A stretch of DNA of 64,000 nucleotides. Origin: Neocallimastix sp. 'constans'. Taxonomy: Eukaryota. Each line of letters opens with the position of its first letter. Positions within the stretch are counted from its first letter, which is position 1. Positions 57,667 through 64,000 of this stretch are shown here, piece after piece. The position numbers were made by a program, and so were the translations under genes. The DNA is taken from the NCBI GenBank assembly GCA_050613775.1, contig JBODTK010000149.1, positions 1 through 64,000 on the forward strand, read 5' to 3'. The notes below the pieces were generated by a model. That model ran no database searches and was not told the origin of the DNA. It worked only from the letters and a program-made list of their open reading frames with translations.

Positions 57667-58085
57667 CTTCTACTACTACTACTACTACTTAATATGATTA
57701 AAAAAAAAAAAAGAAAGAAAGTAAAAATTTCTTAATTCATAAATTATAATTCTTCTTGAATTAATTTATTTCTTATACTTTTAAGCATCCAGATACTGGC
57801 TACCGTAGCATTAGCACCCAATATAATATAATATAATATAAAAATAAAAATAAAAATAAAAATAAAAATAAAAATAAAAATAAAAATAAAAATAAAATAA
57901 AAATAAAAATTAATTATATAATTTTAAATTTTAATAATTTGTGTAATTTTATTTATTAAATATTTTATTTTTATTTTTTTTTTCAATATAAAATGTGACT
58001 GTGTCCCTAACTTTAATTTAAATAAAAAAAAAAAAAAAAAGGAAAAGGCGTTTATTATAAAATAAATAATAAAATAAAATAAAAT

Positions 58086-59300
58086 AAAATAAAATAAAAT
58101 AAAATAAATAGTAGAATATGAATATAAAGTACAGATTGAATAAAATAAAATAAAATAAAATAAATAGTAGAATATGAATATAAAGTACAGATTGAATAAA
58201 ATAAAATAAAAGAAAATAAAATAAAATAAAATAAATAGTAGAATATGAATATAAAGTACAGATTGAATAAAATAAAATAAAATAAAATAAAATAAAATAA
58301 AATAAAATAAAATAAAACAGAATAAATAGTAGAATATTAAATATAAAGTACAGATTGAATAAAATAAAATAAAATAAAATAAAACAGAATAAATAGTAGA
58401 ATATTAAATATAAAGTACAGATTGAATAAAATAAAATAAAATAAAATAAAATAAAATAAAATAAAATAAAATAAAATAAAATAAAATAAAATAAAATAAA
58501 ATAAAATAAAACAGAATAAATAGTAGAATATTAAATATAAAGTACAGATTGAATAAAATAAAATAAAATAAAATAAAATAAAATAAAATAAAATAAAATA
58601 AAATAAAATAAAATAAAATAAAATAAAATAAAATAAAACAGAATAAATAGTAGAATATTAAATATAAAGTACAGATTGAATAAAATAAAATAAAATAAAA
58701 TAAAATAAAATAAAATAAAATAAAATAAAATAAAATAAAATAAAATAAAATAAAATAAAATAAAATAAAATAAAATAAAATAAAATAAAATAAAATAAAA
58801 TAAAATAAATAGTAGAATATAAATATAAGTACAGATTGAATAAAATAAAATAAAATAAAATAAATAGTAGAATATAAATATAAGTACAGATTGAATAAAA
58901 TAAAATAAAATAAAATAAATAGTAGAATATAAATATAAGTACAGATTGAATAAAATAAAATAAAATAAAATAAATAGTAGAATATAAATATAAGTACAGA
59001 TTGAATAAAATAAAATAAAATAAAATAAATAGTAGAATATAAATATAAGTACAGATTGAATAAAATAAAATAAAATAAAATAAATAGTAGAATATTAAAT
59101 ATAAAGTACAGATTGAATAAAATAAAAATAAAATAAAATAAATAGTAGAATATTAAATATAAAGTACAGATTGAATAAAATAAAATAAAATAAATAGTAG
59201 AATATTAAATATAAAGTATAGATTGAATAAAATAAAATAAAATAAATAGTAGAATATTAAAAATAAAGTACAGATTGAATAAAATAAAATAAAATAAAAT
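58086..59300. repeat. Compound tandem array: 16 conserved ~33-bp cores separated by variable (AAAAT)n
   Basis: Core tagtagaatat(g/ta)aatata(a)agtacagattgaa starts at 58109, 58165, 58236, 58327, 58394, 58521, 58648, 58810, 58865, 58920, 58975, 59030, 59085, 59143, 59195 and 59247. Confidence 0.95.
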
Positions 59301-61068
59301 AATTTAAAAAGTCTAGATTATTATAACTTTTATTTATTTTTAAATTTTGAATAAATAATAATAATAATAAAAAACTAATAATTATAATATGTAATTTTTT
59401 TTATTTACCTTTTTTTTTTTTACTTTTTTTTTACCGATATGAATTTTATATTTTTATTTTGATTAAATAATTTTTTTCTATTAACAGTTATATAAATAAT
59501 ATTCATGTTTTATCCATAGATCTTATAAATTTACCTTTTATTCATTTATATATTTATATATTTATTCATTTTATTCATTTATATATTTATATATTTATAT
59601 ATTTATATATTTATATATTTATTTATTAATTTATTTATTAATTTATTTTTTATTTATTCATTCATTTATTATTTATTTATTCATTCATTTATTATTTATT
59701 TATTCATTCATATATATATCTAATGTTAATTATTACACTTGTTAGATTTTTCAAACTAAAATTCCTTCTCTAAAATTAATAATAAAATTTTTTCCATATG
59801 AAATTATAAAGTTATATTCAAAACTTAAAGTGAAATTATTTAAATTTATATTAAATTAAGTACTATACTAAAATGGCTTAGATAAATTAATTTTTTTACT
59901 TTAATTATTATAATAAAAGTCCTTCCTATAAAGGATATATAACAGAAGAAAGAATTATAAAACTAAAACTAAAACTAAAATAAAGTGAAACATCATATTT
60001 TTACAATAATAAAATAATTATATAATTAATATAATGGACAGAATAGTCCTCAACAAAAGAAACTATATAATCTGGAGTAATTTAATAATGGGTGAATTGG
60101 AGGAAGCTAACTTTGAACATGCCGTTACTCTAACTCTTAGTGATAATACAACAGAAGGTACTACAGAAGGCATTACTGAAAAAACCTTGAATGTTAATAC
60201 TATTTCAGCTAAAGAAGACTCAAAAGCAAAAAGGATCATATATAAGCATTTGAATGAAGTAACATGGGAAAAGGTAGAGGATATTGACACAGCTTATGAA
60301 CTTTGGGAATATCTTAAAGTATACTATTGTGAAACTGATGATAAAAAAATAAAAAAAAATACAAAAAGGCTCTTGAAGAACTAGTATACAAAGGAGAAGA
60401 TGTTAGATTGTTTATTGTTGACTTTGAGAATCTTTGGAATAAATATGTTAAGGCAGTAAAAAGTGTAGATTCATTAAACAAAGAGATAAAGCAATCCAAT
60501 AAATTATATTACCTCCGCAACAGTTTTAAACAATATTATCCGAATATTTATGAAAGACTTACATATGCTGTTGTTAAAGAAGAAGATATGACAGTTATAA
60601 AACAAATGATCGAGTTATCATTAAATGAAAAGAAAACAAATAATATAAAAAATGAAAAGAACAAACAGAAAATAAAACATTTTAATCCTCATTACGATGC
60701 ACAACCTGTTTATAGAAAGAAGTGCCACCTTTGTGGATCAATAGATCATCTTATTAACCAATACAGCTTAAGAAATTCTTTCACCAACTGGAAAAGAACT
60801 GAACAAAAAAAACTAATAGAAAAATAAAAATCCTTCAACATAGAAGAAAACTACAATGCTGATACTAATGAGGAGGATCCAAGCAATAACAATTCTTTTT
60901 AACTAAATGGGTGGTTGATTCAGGGACCACTCAAACTATAGTTAATAATCCTGAAATTTTAAAAAATAAAGAATTAAAAAATAGCATAATCAACTTTCTT
61001 AATAGTAAAAGTAATAAGTCTAACATTTCTGGTAAATTAAAGATCAAAATAGGACCAGAGATAATAAA

Positions 61069-61833
61069 TGCAATGATTTCTAATAGAAACAGATTACAAA
61101 TAACAAAATACTACACTTAAATCAAAAAATAACATGTAATGTAAAAATTCTCTTTTTTAATAAATAATCTTTATTAATTAAAAAATAAATCTATTATTGT
61201 TATTAACTATTTTATAGTCAATAACTAATACATCGATTTAAATAATGAATTTTACATGTATTTATATTTTTTTCATGATTACATTTTAATATATCAAACC
61301 TACTTAATATACATATATTACTATTTATTTATAAACAAAATATTTATTAATAATTTTATTAAATAAAAATTAACTTAAAACTATACAATAATTAATTCAA
61401 TAAACTTTCAACTTATTTACAATAATAATTAAACTCAATAATAACTCATTTATTATTTATTTATTATTTAAATATTATTAATACTAATGTTTATATATTT
61501 ATAATTCAAAACTATTTTTATAAACTATTTAAACTAATTTTAGCTATTTAAAACTATTCCGAAATTAATTTTAAAGTGTTTTAAACTAACTAAACTAAAT
61601 TAACTAACTTAAATAAAATAACTAAATTAAATAAACTAAATTGACTAACTTAAATAAATTATTTAGATTAAATTTATTATCCAAAATTATTTATATGATA
61701 ATTTTTCCTTTTTGAAAAGTTTACATAAATTTATAATTAATTTTCATATACGTAAATTATAAATTTATGTAATTTTATTACATTAATTAATTATTATATA
61801 ATTAATTATTAAAGATTTTATTAAATCTTTACA
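61069..61833 (+). mobile_element. Solo LTR-like insertion (765 bp) in the copia pol
   Basis: TGCAATGA...TCTTTACA ends; flanks ATAAA/ATAAG (5-bp TSD, 1 mismatch). Removing it restores GPEIISINDAILFKNGRKNLLSI. Strand is relative to the second copy. Confidence 0.85.
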
Positions 61834-62739
61834 ATAAGTATAAATGATGCTATTTTATTTAAGAATGGAAGAAAGAATTTATTATCTATAATAGACTTGT
61901 TAGATAATAATATTAGCTGTTTATTCTACAATCAAAACAATAAAAAATATTTAAAATTATTCAAATATAATATCAACCAATTGAAAATAAACAAAATCAT
62001 AGATATTATCGAAATCGATAATGGTTTATTTAAATTTTTAACTAATTCTAATGATAAGAATAAAATAGTAAGTAAGAATAAAAACAAAAAGATATTTGAA
62101 AATTATTTAGTAGAACCTGCCAATGATAAATTGAAAAAATTTATATGGCATAAGAGGTTTTTACATTACGATATAAAATATTTACAAAATAAAAAACATC
62201 AATGTTTCATTAAAAACGTTTAAGGATTGCGATGCGTCTAAAATTAATAAACTGCCTAATAAAACCAGTAATCTTAGAACAAAATCCAAAGGAGACTTAA
62301 TTTATAGTGACTTACTCGAATTCAATAAAGGAAATAAAAGTATTAAAGGAGTAAATGGTGAAAATTATTCTATCATCTTGGTTGATGATTTTTCAAGAAA
62401 AATTTGGATATATAACATTGTGAGCAAAAGAGAAGTTGGTAACATAGTTACTAAGTTCTTCAATTATTTGACGAATCATTTTGATCTGGACATCAAATAT
62501 TTCAAAACTGATGGTACACCAGAATATAGTACACCATTATTAAACGAACTATATGACAAACATGGAACCATACACCTTACCACTGCGCCGAAAAATCCTG
62601 AGGAACTAGGAAGGTCAGAAAGGAATAATAGATCCCTCGAAAACTGTATAAAAACAATACTTAGATATTCAAACCTAAATCTTAAATACTGGTCATATGC
62701 CATAAAAAATGCAATTGATATTAAAAATATAATACCACA

Positions 62740-63346
62740 TGTAAAGATTTAATAAATATTTAATACATTAAATAGCTTAATTTTTCGTACAATTAATTTA
62801 TTTAATGTATATGAATTTTTTTGAATATAAAATTTATTGAAATAAAATTTAATTATTTTTTAAATTGAAAATATTTTTTAATTAGTTTAGTTAGCTTAGT
62901 TTAGTTTTAAATAGTTAAATATTAATTTAGGAATAATCTTAAATAGTTAATATTTATAAAAATAGTTTTTCAATATTAAACATATAATTAAAATTATTAT
63001 AAGTATTAAAATAATAAATAAAATAAAGAGTTTAAAAAATTAATTTTAGTTTTAGTAAATTAATGAATAATAAAAATTATTAATTAAAAAATCTTTTGTT
63101 TATAAATAAATAGCTTTATATATATTATTAAATAACATCACATATTAATAACATAATAAGAAAAAATATAAATACATGTAATTTAATTAAATCGATGTAT
63201 TAGTTATTAACTATTTTACAGTTAATAACATAAAAGAAATTTATAATTAATAAAAAGAATTTAATAATAAAAGAATTTACTTATTTGATTAAATTGTAAA
63301 GTGTTTTTTATTGTTATAATCTGTTTTAATTGACGGATTCATTACA
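62740..63346 (-). mobile_element. Solo LTR-like insertion (607 bp), same family, inverted orientation
   Basis: TGTAAAGA...CATTACA ends; perfect CCACA TSD at 62735-62739 and 63347-63351. Removing it restores NIIPHKGINDKIP. Its reverse complement shares aataactaatacatcgatttaa, ttacatgtatttatattttt and ttattaaatctttaca with 61069-61833. Confidence 0.9.
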
Positions 63347-64000
63347 CCACATAAAGGTATTAATGATAAAATACCTGACTTAGAATGGTATGGTCCTCAC
63401 CATAATATCAGGTACGATAAATTAAGAGCTTTTGGTTGTTTTGCTACCTGTGATAGACAAGAAAATGCAAGCAAACTATATACATTTAAGAAATTCATAA
63501 TAAATCTAGGTAGAGCAGAAAATGCAAATGCTTATAAAATCCTGGACATACAAAATGGAACCATATACTTAAGAAGAAATGTAGAATTATATGAAACTAA
63601 ATTTATTAAAACTAAAGATATTGATATATTTAATATTAATAAAGATATAATTTCAGACAACATAGAAGATTTAAATAATGTTGAATTTTATCAAAACCTA
63701 ATCCTTGAAGATTTTATTGATGAATTTGAAATTAATGAGAATGTAGAAAAGCAAAATGAAATTAATATTATTGAAAATAATATTGACAATAACAATTATA
63801 ATGAGAATATAAATACTAATAAAATGAAAATAGCGATGAAGACATTGTTAATAAAAAATAAGGATGATATTATAGTAGAGAATATAAACCGCTTAATATC
63901 AGATTAAATAAAATAAAAGAGAATAATGATGAAGAAATTAAAAATAATAACTATATAAGTGGTACAGAAAGCGACATAGAGTGTAATTATAATACATCCA

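Larger units (their letters stand above)
59740..64000 (+). mobile_element. Decayed Ty1/copia LTR retrotransposon (gag-protease-integrase), continues beyond the window
   Basis: Possible LTR start TGTTAG at 59740. Gag LNKRNYIIWS...TAYELWEYLK; knuckle CHLCGSIDH; protease WVVDSGTT; NLLSI; WHKRFLH; integrase VDDFSRKIW, KTDGTPEY, PEELGRSERNNRSL, LRAFGC. Confidence 0.92.

Noticed and set aside
58086..59300. CRISPR array
   Set aside because: Spacers are (AAAAT)n of variable length rather than unique sequences, there are no cas genes, and the context is eukaryotic.
59940..60033. Primer-binding site and 3' boundary of the copia 5' LTR
   Set aside because: No TGG-initiated tRNA-complementary PBS is visible and the 3' LTR is outside the window, so the boundary cannot be fixed.

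Overview
Extremely AT-rich, intron-containing eukaryotic DNA with long homopolymer and microsatellite tracts. The composition, the CBM18/ricin modules and an intronless bacterial-type gene point to an anaerobic gut fungus (Neocallimastigomycota); this assignment is an inference. Spliced genes reconstructed by hand are: the 3' end of LAA1/HEATR5, NPR3 (GATOR1/SEACIT subunit), TFIIA large subunit TOA1 (missed by the ORF track), a divergent RhoGAP-like gene, an F-box/LRR gene, a secreted histidine-phosphatase-family gene, a CCCH+RWD-like+CHY zinc-finger gene and CSN5/RRI1. Between them lie an intronless Firmicutes-like alpha/beta hydrolase (HGT candidate), a decayed ricin-B/CBM18 lectin gene back-to-back with a decayed unknown ORF, several LINE remnants, copia and gypsy remnants, and a copia element interrupted by two related solo LTRs in opposite orientation. 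Most notable are: (1) a 444-bp GC-rich retroposed insert with a tRNA-like head, 3' hairpins, an A32 tail and a 14-bp target-site duplication (candidate new SINE family); (2) six introns whose 3' splice sites follow poly(A) rather than polypyrimidine tracts; (3) a 16-unit array of a conserved core with variable (AAAAT)n spacers; (4) Taspase1-type cleavage motifs in TFIIA.
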